A stretch of 25,056 nt of DNA, taken from contig JAHEDN010000002.1 in the NCBI GenBank assembly GCA_024641225.1, positions 1-25,056 on the forward strand, given 5' to 3'. Each line of letters opens with the position of its first letter. The first letter of the stretch is position 1. Positions 7,639-17,016 of the stretch are shown one piece after another. Position numbers and translations under genes: made by a program. The notes under the pieces were generated by a model. The model worked only from the letters and a program-made list of their open reading frames with translations, did no database searches and was not told the origin of the DNA. The DNA is from Burkholderiales bacterium. GTDB taxonomy: Bacteria; Pseudomonadota; Gammaproteobacteria; Burkholderiales; Burkholderiaceae_F.

Positions 7639-8400
7639 ATGCCGGGCCGGCGGACCGGCCGCCCGCAGGGCGGCCCGCCGACTGAACCGGCTGGCGCGCT
7701 CGCGCAACCCGGAGGCTCGCGTACCCGCCGGCCGCCCCCCGTCTGGTTCTTCGACCTCGACAACACGCTGCATGACGCGTCGCACGCGATCTTCCGAGCT
7801 ATCAATGGCCGTATGACCGACTACGTCGAGCGACATCTGCGCGTCGATCGCGAGCAGGCCAACCAGTTACGCCTGACCTACTGGCGCCGATACGGCGCCA
7901 CGATGCTTGGCCTGATGCGCCATCACGCGGTGGACCCGCACCATTTTCTCCGCGAGACACACGATTTCGACGTCGCGGGACTGCTACGCGCGGAGCGCGG
8001 CCTGGCGCGGCTGTTCGCCCGGCTGCCGGGCCGCAAAGTGCTGCTGACGAATGCGCCCGGCGCGTACGCTGACGATATCCTGCGCGCGCTCGGCCTCCAC
8101 CGGCGCGTGCTCGCCCGCTATGCGATCGAGCAGATGCGCCTGCATCGCATTTTCCGACCCAAGCCGTCGCGCAGCATGCTGCGCCACATGCTTGCTCGCG
8201 AACGGGTCCCAAGAGGCGCGGCCATCCTGGTCGAGGACAGCACCGCCAACCTGCGCTCGGCGCGGGCAGTCGGCTTTCGAACCGTGCTCGTGTTCGGACA
8301 CAGCCGTGCGCCGTCGCGCCTGAACAGCGGCAGGCAATTTGGCTTGCGCGTGCGTTCGGTGCGCGAACTGCCCCGCGCCCACGCGCGGCTGCGCGGCTGA
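7639..8400 (+). CDS. Pyrimidine 5'-nucleotidase, HAD superfamily (start uncertain)
   Basis: HAD motifs FDLDNTL (I), LLTNAP (II), RPKP (III), LVEDS (IV). The only in-frame starts before the domain are TTG 7630/7636 and ATG 7639. Confidence 0.85.
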   Translation: MPGRRTGRPQGGPPTEPAGALAQPGGSRTRRPPPVWFFDLDNTLHDASHAIFRAINGRMTDYVERHLRVDREQANQLRLTYWRRYGATMLGLMRHHAVDPHHFLRETHDFDVAGLLRAERGLARLFARLPGRKVLLTNAPGAYADDILRALGLHRRVLARYAIEQMRLHRIFRPKPSRSMLRHMLARERVPRGAAILVEDSTANLRSARAVGFRTVLVFGHSRAPSRLNSGRQFGLRVRSVRELPRAHARLRG

Positions 8401-8457
8401 CCGAGCCCAGCAGGTAAGCTTTCGGGCACAGTCCCTGTCTGGACAACGGAGTCTTTC

Positions 8458-10320
8458 ATGGCGTCTCGACCCGGCCTGATCCGCCGGTTCTTCGGTTTCA
8501 TCTGGAGTGCGATCGGCTTCTTTCGCACCCTCGTGCTTAACCTGCTTTTCCTGGCGATCGTAGTCGCGATCGTGGCCGCCTGGCTGTATGAGGAACGTCC
8601 GACCGTGGCTCCGGATACGGCGCTGGTGCTCGACCTTTCCGGGCCGATCGTCGAGCAGCGGACCGGTGCTCCGGCAAGCGTGACGCTGCTGCAGGTGCTG
8701 GCCGATCGCGAGCGCGAAACGCAGCTGCGCGACGTGCTGGCCGCGCTCGATGCGGCTGCGCAAGATCCGAAGATCTCCCGCGTCGTGCTCCTGCTCGATG
8801 ACATGGAGGGCGCGGGGTTGGCCACGCTGCGCGAGATCGCCGCGGCAGTCAGCCGCTTCAGGACCAGCGGCAAGCCAGTGGTTGCATGGGGCTCGGTCTT
8901 CGACCAGCGCCGCTACTACATCGCTGCGCATGCCGACGAAGTGCTGATGCACCCTTTCGGACGCGTCCTGCTGCTCGGTTTCGGCGGCTACCGCAATTAC
9001 TACCGGGACGCGCTCGACTCGATCGGCGTCACCGTCAGCGTGTTCAAAGTCGGCCGCTACAAGAGCGCAGTAGAACCGTTTTCACAGAACGAGCCGTCGG
9101 AAGCCGCGCGGCGCGACGAGGCCGAACTGCTCGGCGATCTATGGGCGCAGTACATGTCGGCAGTCGAAACGGCGCGCCGTCTGCCGGCGGGCAGCATCAC
9201 GCGGCTGATCGACGAACTCCCGCAACGTTTCGCAACCGCCGGCGGCGATGCAGCGAAGCTCGCAGTCGACGAGCGGCTGATCGACGGCCTGAAGACGCGT
9301 GACGAGCTTCGGGCGATGCTGATCGAAAAGGGCGCACCGGACCTCGAACACAGGACATTCCGTCAGATCAACTTGTCACAGTACCTCGCCACGCTGCCGC
9401 AAAGGCACGGCGACGCAGTCGGCGTCGTTATCGCTTCGGGCGAGATGCTCGACGGCGAGCAGCCGCAGGGGCTCGTGGGTGGCCGCTCCACGGCAAACTT
9501 GATCCGACGCGCCCGCGAGGACGAATCGATCAAGGCGGTGCTGCTGCGGGTGCGCTCGCCTGGCGGCAGCATCTTCGCCGCCGAGGAGATCCGTCGCGAG
9601 CTGGAACTGACGCGTAACGCGGGCAAGCCCGTGCTGGTTTCGTTCGGCGACGTCGCCGCCTCCGCAGGCTATTACGTCGCCATGTCGGCCGATGAGGTGC
9701 TTTCCGATCCGGCGGCCATCACAGGCTCGATCGGCGTTTACGCGCTGCTGCCTTCGGTTGACCGGGCATGGGAAAAGCTTTTGCTGCACACGCACGGCAC
9801 GACGACCACGTGGCTGGCTGGAGCGCTCGATCCGCGCCGGCCGCTCGATCCGCGGATGCGGGAACTGCTGCAGGCCGGCGTGGAGCGCGTTTACAGGGAT
9901 TTCGTCGGCCGCGCCGCTGTTGCGCGCAACGTGACACCGGAGCGAATGGACGAACTCGCCCAGGGACGGGTGTGGACCGGACGCCAGGCTCAGGAGCTCA
10001 AGCTGGTCGACCGGCTCGCCACCTATCACGAGGCATTGCAGTTGGCCGCCAAGCGAGGCGGGCTCGGCGAGGATTTTCGCGTCTCCTATATCGAGAGTGA
10101 GCCGCGCGGCATCGATCGCGTGCTCGGCATCTTGTTGGGCGAGGCGTCGCTCGCACCGCTGCCCTGGCTCAGCTCGTTGCTCCAATTCGCGGGCGCGACG
10201 CCCGAGGCCGTTCGGTCGATCGGGATCGACATGCGCTGGCTGCGCAACGCTGCGCAGACGCCGCTGAAGCCCCAGTCGCACTGCCTGTGCTCGCCTGACA
10301 GTCTGCTCGGACCGGATTGA
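8458..10320 (+). CDS. sppA: Signal peptide peptidase SppA, 67-kDa type (protease IV)
   Basis: N-terminal TM, catalytic Lys in VGRYKSAVEPF, RVRSPGGS, catalytic Ser in VAASAGYY, TGSIGV, AQGRVWTG. GGAG SD before the ATG. Confidence 0.95.
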   Translation: MASRPGLIRRFFGFIWSAIGFFRTLVLNLLFLAIVVAIVAAWLYEERPTVAPDTALVLDLSGPIVEQRTGAPASVTLLQVLADRERETQLRDVLAALDAAAQDPKISRVVLLLDDMEGAGLATLREIAAAVSRFRTSGKPVVAWGSVFDQRRYYIAAHADEVLMHPFGRVLLLGFGGYRNYYRDALDSIGVTVSVFKVGRYKSAVEPFSQNEPSEAARRDEAELLGDLWAQYMSAVETARRLPAGSITRLIDELPQRFATAGGDAAKLAVDERLIDGLKTRDELRAMLIEKGAPDLEHRTFRQINLSQYLATLPQRHGDAVGVVIASGEMLDGEQPQGLVGGRSTANLIRRAREDESIKAVLLRVRSPGGSIFAAEEIRRELELTRNAGKPVLVSFGDVAASAGYYVAMSADEVLSDPAAITGSIGVYALLPSVDRAWEKLLLHTHGTTTTWLAGALDPRRPLDPRMRELLQAGVERVYRDFVGRAAVARNVTPERMDELAQGRVWTGRQAQELKLVDRLATYHEALQLAAKRGGLGEDFRVSYIESEPRGIDRVLGILLGEASLAPLPWLSSLLQFAGATPEAVRSIGIDMRWLRNAAQTPLKPQSHCLCSPDSLLGPD

Positions 10321-10557
10321 CGGCACGCTTCGAAGGACCAGCGGCCGGCTCGCGCCGACGCAAGCGACCTTGTATAAGCGCAGTATCCGCAAGGCCTAAT
10401 GCGAAAGTAACTCCCCACGTCGGTGCTCCATCAGCCAGAATCCCGCCAGCGGTCCCCCGCCGCAATCGAGGTCATCGAGCATGAGTCAGCGCACCAGGAA
10501 ACGAGACCGTCACGCGCGCTGCGTGAGAGGCGGCTCGACGCGGGCACTGCAGGAAGC

Positions 10558-11169
10558 ATGAAAATGGAGTCCGTCACCACGCTGGGTTCAGCAACACGCC
10601 GCAAACCCGGTGCCCGCCGGCTGCAGATTCTGCAGACGCTGGCGTCGATGCTCGAGGATCCCAAAGGCGAGAAAGTCACGACAGCCGCGCTCGCCGAGCG
10701 GCTCTCGGTGTCGGAAGCGGCGCTTTACCGGCACTTCGCCAGCAAGGCGCAGATGTTCGAGGGACTGATCGAGTTCATCGAGACCACGATCTTTGGGCTG
10801 ATCAATGACATCGCGGAGCGCGAGCAATCGGGGCTGAAGCAGGCCCGCAGCACCGTGCTGATGCTGCTCGAGTTCGCGCAGACCAACCGGGGCATGACGC
10901 GCGTTCTGATCGGCGACGCCCTGGTCAACGAGAACGAGCGCCTCCAGGAGCGCATGAACCAGATGTTCGAGCGCATCGAGTCGTCGCTCAAGCAGAGCTT
11001 CCGCCTCGCCGTCACGGAAAACGAGCTGCCGGGAGATTTCGACGCGGCGGCGCGCGCGGCGCTCGCCGTCGCCTACGTCATCGGCCGCTGGCACCGCTTC
11101 GCGAAGAGCGGGTTCCGCAAACCGCCGGCCGACGGCATCGACGCGCAGTTGCCCGTGCTTCTCTCGTAG
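10558..11169 (+). CDS. slmA: Nucleoid occlusion factor SlmA (TetR family)
   Basis: RRKPGARRLQILQ..EKVTTAALA..VSEAALYRHFASKAQMFEGLIEFIE is the SlmA signature. AGGAAG precedes ATG 10558; the ORF-track start at 10423 is probably too long. Confidence 0.9.
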   Translation: MKMESVTTLGSATRRKPGARRLQILQTLASMLEDPKGEKVTTAALAERLSVSEAALYRHFASKAQMFEGLIEFIETTIFGLINDIAEREQSGLKQARSTVLMLLEFAQTNRGMTRVLIGDALVNENERLQERMNQMFERIESSLKQSFRLAVTENELPGDFDAAARAALAVAYVIGRWHRFAKSGFRKPPADGIDAQLPVLLS

Positions 11170-11187
11170 CGCCGAAAGCGCGGTGTC

Positions 11188-11706
11188 CTAGCGAAGCCGC
11201 CGCCACGCCCCCCGCACCGCCAGCAAGGCGGTGATGATCAGCAGCAGGAACGCAATCAGCGACAGGTTCGGAATCGCCAGCCCGAGGAAGGTCCAGTCGA
11301 CCTTCAGGCAGTCACCCTCGCCGGCAAAAAGCTTCGGGAGCCAGGTGGCGAGAGGGAAGTCGTCGTGAAACCACTGGAACGGTCGCCCGCAGGTCATCGA
11401 CTCCGGCGGAAACACGAGAATCCAGCTGTGCCATCCGGCGACACCGGCGCCTGCAAGGGCAAAAGCCGTTGCCATCCCTGCCGCAAGCAGCTGGCCGAAC
11501 GCGCCGGCCGCCAGCAACCCGAGTGCGGCGAAGATTCCAGCGCCGATGATCGCGACCCGCTGCAGCACGCACAGCGGGCACGGCTCGAGCAGCAGAACGT
11601 ACTGGAAGAAAATCCCGCCGGCCATCGACAACACGACGAGCAGCACGATCAGTGCCAGCATCGTTCGAGGACTGGCGCCGCTCACCGAGCTCGGAAGGAA
11701 GGCCAT
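11188..11706 (-). CDS. dsbB: Disulfide bond formation protein DsbB
   Basis: Four TM segments, LEPCPLCVLQR first Cys pair, second pair TCG..GDC 26 residues apart. Start at ATG 11706 or TTG 11718. Confidence 0.9.
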   Translation of the reverse strand: MAFLPSSVSGASPRTMLALIVLLVVLSMAGGIFFQYVLLLEPCPLCVLQRVAIIGAGIFAALGLLAAGAFGQLLAAGMATAFALAGAGVAGWHSWILVFPPESMTCGRPFQWFHDDFPLATWLPKLFAGEGDCLKVDWTFLGLAIPNLSLIAFLLLIITALLAVRGAWRRLR

Positions 11707-11722
11707 GGCCGGAATCAAGAAC

Positions 11723-12505
11723 TCAGACTTGTAAGGGCACCGCGACCGCCTGCCCGCGGCCGCCCCGCCGGCAAACCGGGCAGTGAGGATCGGGCACGAA
11801 TCGTACCGTGCGCACGTCCATGGTCAACGCGTCTAGCATCAGGAGTCGGTCGATCATCGCCGTGCCTGCCCGCGCCACGAGCTTGAGCGCCTCGGCCGCC
11901 TGCATGGCGCCGATGATGCCGGTCACCGGTGCGAACACACCCATCACTGCACACGGGTCGTCCTGCGCCTCTCCTTCGGGAAACAGGCAGGCGTAGCAGG
12001 AAGAATCCGGCTTGCGTAGATCGAACACGGCGAGCTGACCCTCGAAGCGAACCGCCGCGCCCGAGACGAGCGGCCGCCGATTCGCCACGCAAGCCCGGTT
12101 GATTGCGTGGCGGGTTTCGAAGTTATCAGTGCAGTCGAGCACGACGTCGACAGCCGCAACAAGCGTGTCCAGCTCCGCCGCGCCAACCCGCTCCGTGATC
12201 GCGGACAGGCGCACCTGCGGATTGAGAGCGGCCAACGTGGTGAGTCCTGAGGCCGCCTTGTTCGTGCCGACCCGCTCGGACGTGTGCAGTATCTGCCTCT
12301 GCAGATTGGTCAGGTCCACCGTGTCGCCGTCGACCAGCATCAGCCGCGCTATACCAGCCGAGGCAAGAAACATCGCCGCGGGCGAGCCCAGTCCGCCGGC
12401 GCCCACGACCAGCGCCGAGGCAGCCCGGATGCGCGCCTGTCCCTCGATGCCGATCTCCTGCAACAGGATGTGGCGGGAATAGCGCAGAAGCTCTTCGTCG
12501 TTCAT
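11723..12505 (-). CDS. moeB: HesA/MoeB/ThiF family adenylyltransferase (MoeB-like)
   Basis: MNDEELLRYSRHILL, GAGGLGS, DGDTVDLTNLQRQ, DCTDNF, Zn motifs CYAC and CPVC. Start moved to ATG 12505. MoeB versus ThiF cannot be settled from sequence alone. Confidence 0.85.
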   Translation of the reverse strand: MNDEELLRYSRHILLQEIGIEGQARIRAASALVVGAGGLGSPAAMFLASAGIARLMLVDGDTVDLTNLQRQILHTSERVGTNKAASGLTTLAALNPQVRLSAITERVGAAELDTLVAAVDVVLDCTDNFETRHAINRACVANRRPLVSGAAVRFEGQLAVFDLRKPDSSCYACLFPEGEAQDDPCAVMGVFAPVTGIIGAMQAAEALKLVARAGTAMIDRLLMLDALTMDVRTVRFVPDPHCPVCRRGGRGQAVAVPLQV

Positions 12506-12588
12506 CAGCCCTTGCCGGCGGGAACGAATGTTGCGCGGCGCGCCGTCCAATCGTGGTCGATGTCTCCGTCAGGCGCCTTGCGACTCAC

Positions 12589-12610
12589 CGCCAGGGTGCG
12601 CTCCCTGGCG
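12589..12610. other. Perfect 8-bp hairpin between ctpA and moeB
   Basis: CGCCAGGG-tgcgct-CCCTGGCG, starting 25 nt past the ctpA stop on the minus strand; no U-tract. Confidence 0.6.
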
Positions 12611-12635
12611 CGAACGCTTACGACACGCCGCAGCG

Positions 12636-14075
12636 CTAGCGCACGCCAGTGGCGGAAGCGGCGACGTTATCGCCCTTCTTGGCGGTTTCGACTGGCAATC
12701 CCTTGAGGTGGTTCATCGCCTGCCGCAACTGGAAGTCCTCGGCCGAACCGAATTCGTAACGCGTTGGCGCCGGTCGTTCCGTTTGCGTTTCCGCGTGCGA
12801 TTCCACCAGAGTTTCCCGTGCCGCCGCGCCGCCGGCCTCTGGTGAAGCCGTCTTCACTTCGAGGTGCCGCGCCAGGTCCGCTTCGCGGATCTGCAGCCCG
12901 GCAAAACTGCCCTGCGCCGTGTCCTCCACGGGCAGATCGGGCTCGATGCCCTTGGCCTGGATCGAGCGGCCATTGGGCGTGAAGTAGCGTGCCGTCGTAA
13001 GCTTGATTGCGGCCGGACGATCGCTATCGGAGCGCAACGGAATGATCGTCTGCACGGATCCCTTGCCGAACGTCTGCGAGCCGATCACTGTCGCGCGCTT
13101 GTGGTCCTGCAGTGCGCCGGCGACGATTTCAGAGGCCGACGCGCTTGCGCCGTTGACCAGGACGACCATCGGGACCGACTTCACGTCAGCGGGCAGACGC
13201 GCCAGCACGTCCTCACCGCGGCCCCGTTGATAGTCCTCCGGCGCGGCAACGAAACGTCGCTTCGCGTCGCTCATGCGGCCATCGGTGCTGACCACCAGTG
13301 CGCGCTTGGGCAGGAACGCCGCCGAAACCCCGATGGCCGAATGCAGCAGACCGCCCGGATCGTTGCGCAGGTCGAGCACGATGCCCTTCAAGGGCCCGGC
13401 CTTGTAGGCATCCGACAGGTGCCGGGCCAGATCTTCTACGGTGCGTTCCTGGAACTGCGAAACGCGCACGAACGCGTACCCGGGCTCGATGATCCGGCTG
13501 CGGACCGATTGCGTCCGGATCACGTCGCGCACCAGCTTGAACTCGAGCGGCTTGGCCTCGCCTTTGCGCGCCACGGTCAGCGTGACCGAGGTCCCCTTCT
13601 TGCCGCGCATCAGCTTGACTGCATCGGACAACGGCATGCCGCGCGTCAGGGTGTCGTCGATCTTGATGATCAGATCGCCTGCCTTGATGCCGGCCCGGAA
13701 CGCCGGCGTGTCATCGATCGGCGCCACGACCCGAACCGCGCCGTCTTCGGGCGCGACCTCTATACCGAGCCCGCCAAACTCGCCCTGCGTACTCGTCTGC
13801 AGGTCGCGGAAGGCATCGGCGTCGAGGAATGCCGAGTGCGGGTCGAGCCCCGTGAGCATGCCGGAGATCGCCTCGTGGATCAGCTTGCGATCCTCGACCG
13901 GCTCGACGTAGTGATTCTTGATCGCGCCGAAGACATCGGTCAGCTGGCGGATCTCCTCGAGCGGAATCGGGCCGCGGCTGTCGCGAAACGCGTAGGCCGA
14001 GATGCCAAGACTCGCCGCGACACCCGCAACGGCACCGACACTGATCAGTGCGAAAGTCCGCAAACGTCCGCTCAT
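12636..14075 (-). CDS. ctpA: Carboxyl-terminal processing protease, S41 family (CtpA)
   Basis: N-terminal signal/TM, PDZ GEFGGLGIE, DLRNDPGGLL, catalytic Ser in SASASEIVAGALQD, Lys in TFGKGSVQ. GGAGG SD. Confidence 0.95.
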   Translation of the reverse strand: MSGRLRTFALISVGAVAGVAASLGISAYAFRDSRGPIPLEEIRQLTDVFGAIKNHYVEPVEDRKLIHEAISGMLTGLDPHSAFLDADAFRDLQTSTQGEFGGLGIEVAPEDGAVRVVAPIDDTPAFRAGIKAGDLIIKIDDTLTRGMPLSDAVKLMRGKKGTSVTLTVARKGEAKPLEFKLVRDVIRTQSVRSRIIEPGYAFVRVSQFQERTVEDLARHLSDAYKAGPLKGIVLDLRNDPGGLLHSAIGVSAAFLPKRALVVSTDGRMSDAKRRFVAAPEDYQRGRGEDVLARLPADVKSVPMVVLVNGASASASEIVAGALQDHKRATVIGSQTFGKGSVQTIIPLRSDSDRPAAIKLTTARYFTPNGRSIQAKGIEPDLPVEDTAQGSFAGLQIREADLARHLEVKTASPEAGGAAARETLVESHAETQTERPAPTRYEFGSAEDFQLRQAMNHLKGLPVETAKKGDNVAASATGVR

Positions 14076-14132
14076 GGAACCTCCAGAAACAGGGCAGGCA
14101 AGGTGCGTTCGCCGGACGGCAGAAACCCGACG

Positions 14133-15431
14133 TCAACGTGCCCGCGCCCAGCGCAGCGGGTCGATCGGCCGACCCTTGAAGCGCAGTTCGAAGTATAGGC
14201 CCGCCTCGGTGGCGCCCCCCGTGCTGCCCACGGTGGCAACCGGGTCTCCGGCGCGGACATCGGCGCCAACATCTGCGAGCAGGGACTCATTGTTGCCGTA
14301 CACAGAGAGAAAGCCTTCACCGTGATCGATCACCAGCAGGTTGCCGAACCCGCGCAGCCAGTCGGCGAACACGACCTGACCGGCGGCCACCGCGTGCACG
14401 TCGGCGCCAGCGGCCGCCCGGATGAACACGCCCTTCCACGTCGGCGCATCGACCTGCGCCTCGGTGCGCCGCGGGCTGCCGAACCGCGCGACGATCTCGC
14501 CGCGTACGGGCAGTACCAGCCGGCCCTGAAGCCGGGCAAAGTCGCTGCCGGCGGGCACGTCCACCGGGGCCTCGGGAGCGGACCCTTGCGGCGGCCGGCG
14601 TGTCGGAGTCGGTTCGCGCGGGCGTCGACGCGCCTGCTCGGCCAGCAACTTCTCTATCTCGCCGACCAGCGACGCAAGCCGCTTCTCGTCGCGCTGCGCG
14701 GCCTCCAGCGAGCGCCGCTGACCCGCGAGCTGCCTGGCGAGTCGATCCAGCGCGCCGCTGCGCGCACTTTGCTGCTGTTGCAGTGCGGCCCGGTTGCGCT
14801 GCTCGTCTTCGGCCAGCGCTGCAAGTTCGAGTTGCTTCCCCTCCGACTGCGACCTCAGTTGAGCCAGTTCCTCGCCGCGCGCGCGCAACTCGCCGACGGT
14901 ACGTGAGCGACCGCTCGCAAGACGATCGAGATAAACCAGTTCGCGCTGCAGTTCACCGGGGCTGGCGCCGTCCAGCAACCGCTGAAAAGGAGTCTGTCGC
15001 GCGAGCACATACTGACTGCGCAACACCAGGCTGAGGCCATATTCCTCTTCGATGCGCCTGGCGCCGATAGCCTGGCCGCGAGAGGCCAGCGCGTCGATCT
15101 CCTCCTGCACCCGCCGCCTTTCAGCGGTCAGTTCGCGCTGCCGACGGTTCGCGTCCGAGATCGCCGCTTCCGACTCGCGCAGCGCATCGGCGGCCTCGGC
15201 ACGCGAAGCCTCGGCGCGGGCCACCTGGCGGCGGAGCTGAACCAGCTTCTGTCTGAGCCGGCGCCGCTCCGCCTCGAGTTGCTGCTGCCGTTGCGGGCTG
15301 GCGGCAGCCTTTGCGGCTGCCTCGCCTGAACCCGCGGGTTGCGCGGCGGAGCCGGCAGGTGCGGCCGCGACAAGCGCGAGCGCAAGCGCGAGAAGACTAT
15401 GGCGCAGACGCGAGGTCAATCGATAGATCAA
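14133..15431 (-). CDS. envC: Murein hydrolase activator EnvC (coiled coil plus degenerate LytM/M23)
   Basis: Signal peptide, long coiled coil, LytM lacking Zn ligands (WKGVFI, VYGNN), LYFELR. TTG start overlaps the gpmA stop (TTGA). Confidence 0.9.
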   Translation of the reverse strand: MIYRLTSRLRHSLLALALALVAAAPAGSAAQPAGSGEAAAKAAASPQRQQQLEAERRRLRQKLVQLRRQVARAEASRAEAADALRESEAAISDANRRQRELTAERRRVQEEIDALASRGQAIGARRIEEEYGLSLVLRSQYVLARQTPFQRLLDGASPGELQRELVYLDRLASGRSRTVGELRARGEELAQLRSQSEGKQLELAALAEDEQRNRAALQQQQSARSGALDRLARQLAGQRRSLEAAQRDEKRLASLVGEIEKLLAEQARRRPREPTPTRRPPQGSAPEAPVDVPAGSDFARLQGRLVLPVRGEIVARFGSPRRTEAQVDAPTWKGVFIRAAAGADVHAVAAGQVVFADWLRGFGNLLVIDHGEGFLSVYGNNESLLADVGADVRAGDPVATVGSTGGATEAGLYFELRFKGRPIDPLRWARAR

Positions 15432-16183
15432 GCCGACGGCTTGGCCTTGCCCTGCGCAGCGACAGCCGCCATCGCCCGCGCGATTTCCTCGGCATCGCCA
15501 AGGTAGTAGCTACGCAGCGGTTTCAGCTTTTCGTCGAGGTCGTAAACCAGCGGCCGCGCCGTCGGGATGTTCAAGTTCACAATGTCATCTTCCGAGATTC
15601 CGTCAAGGTACTTGACGAGCGCGCGCAGCGAGTTGCCGTGTGCAGCCACCATCACGCGGCGCCCCCGCCTGATCGCGGGCGCGATCGAGTCGTTCCAGAA
15701 CGGCAGCACCCGCGCGACGGTGTCCTTCAGGCACTCGGTGGCAGGGATCTCTTCCGGCTTGAGATGCCGGTAACGCGGGTCATTGCCCGCCCAGCGCGGA
15801 TCGTCGGGCGCAAGCGGTTCGGGCGCGATGGCGTAGGCCCGGCGCCAGGCCAGCACCTGCTTCTCGCCGTACTTTGCCGCGGTCTCCGCCTTGTTCAGCC
15901 CCTGCAGCGCGCCGTAGTGACGCTCGTTCAGGCGCCAGGAGTGGACTACCGGCAGCCACATGAGATCGAGGGCATCCAACGCCAGCCACAGCGTGCGGAT
16001 CGCCCGCTTGAGGACCGACGTGTAGGCGATGTCGAAGCCGTAGCCTTCGCGCTTGAGCAGTTCGCCAGCCGCGCGCGCCTCGCGTATTCCCGCCTCGGTC
16101 AGATCGACGTCAGTCCACCCCGTGAAGCGATTGTCCAGGTTCCACTGGCTCTCGCCATGGCGCAGCAGCACGAGCTTGTACAT
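15428..16183 (-). CDS. gpmA: 2,3-bisphosphoglycerate-dependent phosphoglycerate mutase
   Basis: [39 protein letters not shown]. Confidence 0.98.
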   Translation of the reverse strand: MYKLVLLRHGESQWNLDNRFTGWTDVDLTEAGIREARAAGELLKREGYGFDIAYTSVLKRAIRTLWLALDALDLMWLPVVHSWRLNERHYGALQGLNKAETAAKYGEKQVLAWRRAYAIAPEPLAPDDPRWAGNDPRYRHLKPEEIPATECLKDTVARVLPFWNDSIAPAIRRGRRVMVAAHGNSLRALVKYLDGISEDDIVNLNIPTARPLVYDLDEKLKPLRSYYLGDAEEIARAMAAVAAQGKAKPSA

Positions 16184-16213
16184 GTCAGGTTCCGGGTGAT
16201 CGGTCGCAACGTC

Positions 16214-16223
16214 ATTTTATAAT
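16214..16223. promoter_or_regulatory. Bidirectional promoter core: overlapping -10 elements for gpmA (minus, TAAAAT) and the rhodanese operon (plus, TATAAT)
   Basis: ATTTTATAAT: plus TATAAT at 16218-16223, minus TAAAAT at 16219-16214, in a 70-nt divergent spacer. Confidence 0.65.
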
Positions 16224-16253
16224 CTCGCTCCCTTGACGGAAGCGGGAGCATCC

Positions 16254-16658
16254 GTGCAGTTCTTCATCGACAACGCGCTGCTGATCGCAGTGGCCTTCTT
16301 CAGCGGCGGCATGCTGCTGTGGCCGCTCCTGCGCTCGCGGGCCGGCGGCCCGGCTCTGACCACCCTGCAGGCCACGCAGTTGATCAACGGAAAGCATGCC
16401 CAGGTCGTCGACATTCGCGACGCCGCGGAGTTTTCGCGTGGCTCTCTTCCCAACGCAAGGAACATTCCCCTCGCTGAACTCGGCACGCGTGGGCCAAAGG
16501 AACTCAAGAAGGACCGGCCGGTCATCGTGCTCTGCAATGCCGGCAACATCGCGGGTCGGGCAGCGGCACAGCTGCGCGCCACCGGCGTGGCAGAGGTCTA
16601 TGTTCTGGCCGGCGGCCTGAACGCATGGCGCGAGGCCGGTCTGCCGCTGAAGGCATGA
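16254..16658 (+). CDS. Membrane-anchored rhodanese-like protein (YibN-like position and architecture)
   Basis: GTG 16254 with GGGAG SD. N-terminal TM (NALLIAVAFFSGGMLLW), VDIRDAAEFSRGSLPNARNIP, loop LCNAGN, LAGGLNAW. Confidence 0.9.
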   Translation: MQFFIDNALLIAVAFFSGGMLLWPLLRSRAGGPALTTLQATQLINGKHAQVVDIRDAAEFSRGSLPNARNIPLAELGTRGPKELKKDRPVIVLCNAGNIAGRAAAQLRATGVAEVYVLAGGLNAWREAGLPLKA

Positions 16659-16690
16659 GCACCCTGAGCGGACCCGAGCAGGATCCCTGC

Positions 16691-16710
16691 GCGCGACGGA
16701 AGCGTCGCGC
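16691..16710. other. 8-bp hairpin between rhodanese and grxC
   Basis: GCGCGACG-gaag-CGTCGCGC, extendable by CCT/AGG with a bulge. Confidence 0.55.
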
Positions 16711-16755
16711 AGGCGCCGCAGTTCGATAAGGCCGCAAACCGAACGACACACGATC

Positions 16756-17016
16756 ATGACCGCCAAAGTATTGATGTACCGCACCCAGCACTGCCCGTAC
16801 TGCCATCGTGCCGAGGCGCTGCTGAAGGCGCGCGGCGTCACGGAGATCGAAACCGTCCGCGTCGACCTCGACCCAGCGCGCCGTGACGAGATGGTCGAGA
16901 GGACCGGCCGTCGTACGGTGCCGCAGATCTTCATTGGCGCCACGCACGTCGGCGGCTTCGATGACCTGGCGGAACTCGACCACGAAGGACGGCTCACTTC
17001 GTTGCTTGCCGGCTGA
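16756..17016 (+). CDS. grxC: Glutaredoxin 3
   Basis: CPYC active site, [18 protein letters not shown]. Confidence 0.97.
   Translation: MTAKVLMYRTQHCPYCHRAEALLKARGVTEIETVRVDLDPARRDEMVERTGRRTVPQIFIGATHVGGFDDLAELDHEGRLTSLLAG

Noticed and set aside
10423-10557. 45-aa N-terminal extension of SlmA; possible autoregulatory SlmA site
   Set aside because: A better SD-ATG exists at 10558. No match to the E. coli SBS (GTGAGTACTCAC) is present, and TGAGTCA at 10472-10478 is not a convincing site.
14133-14500. EnvC LytM domain lacking Zn ligands as a possible pseudogene
   Set aside because: A catalytically degenerate LytM is the defining normal state of EnvC amidase activators.
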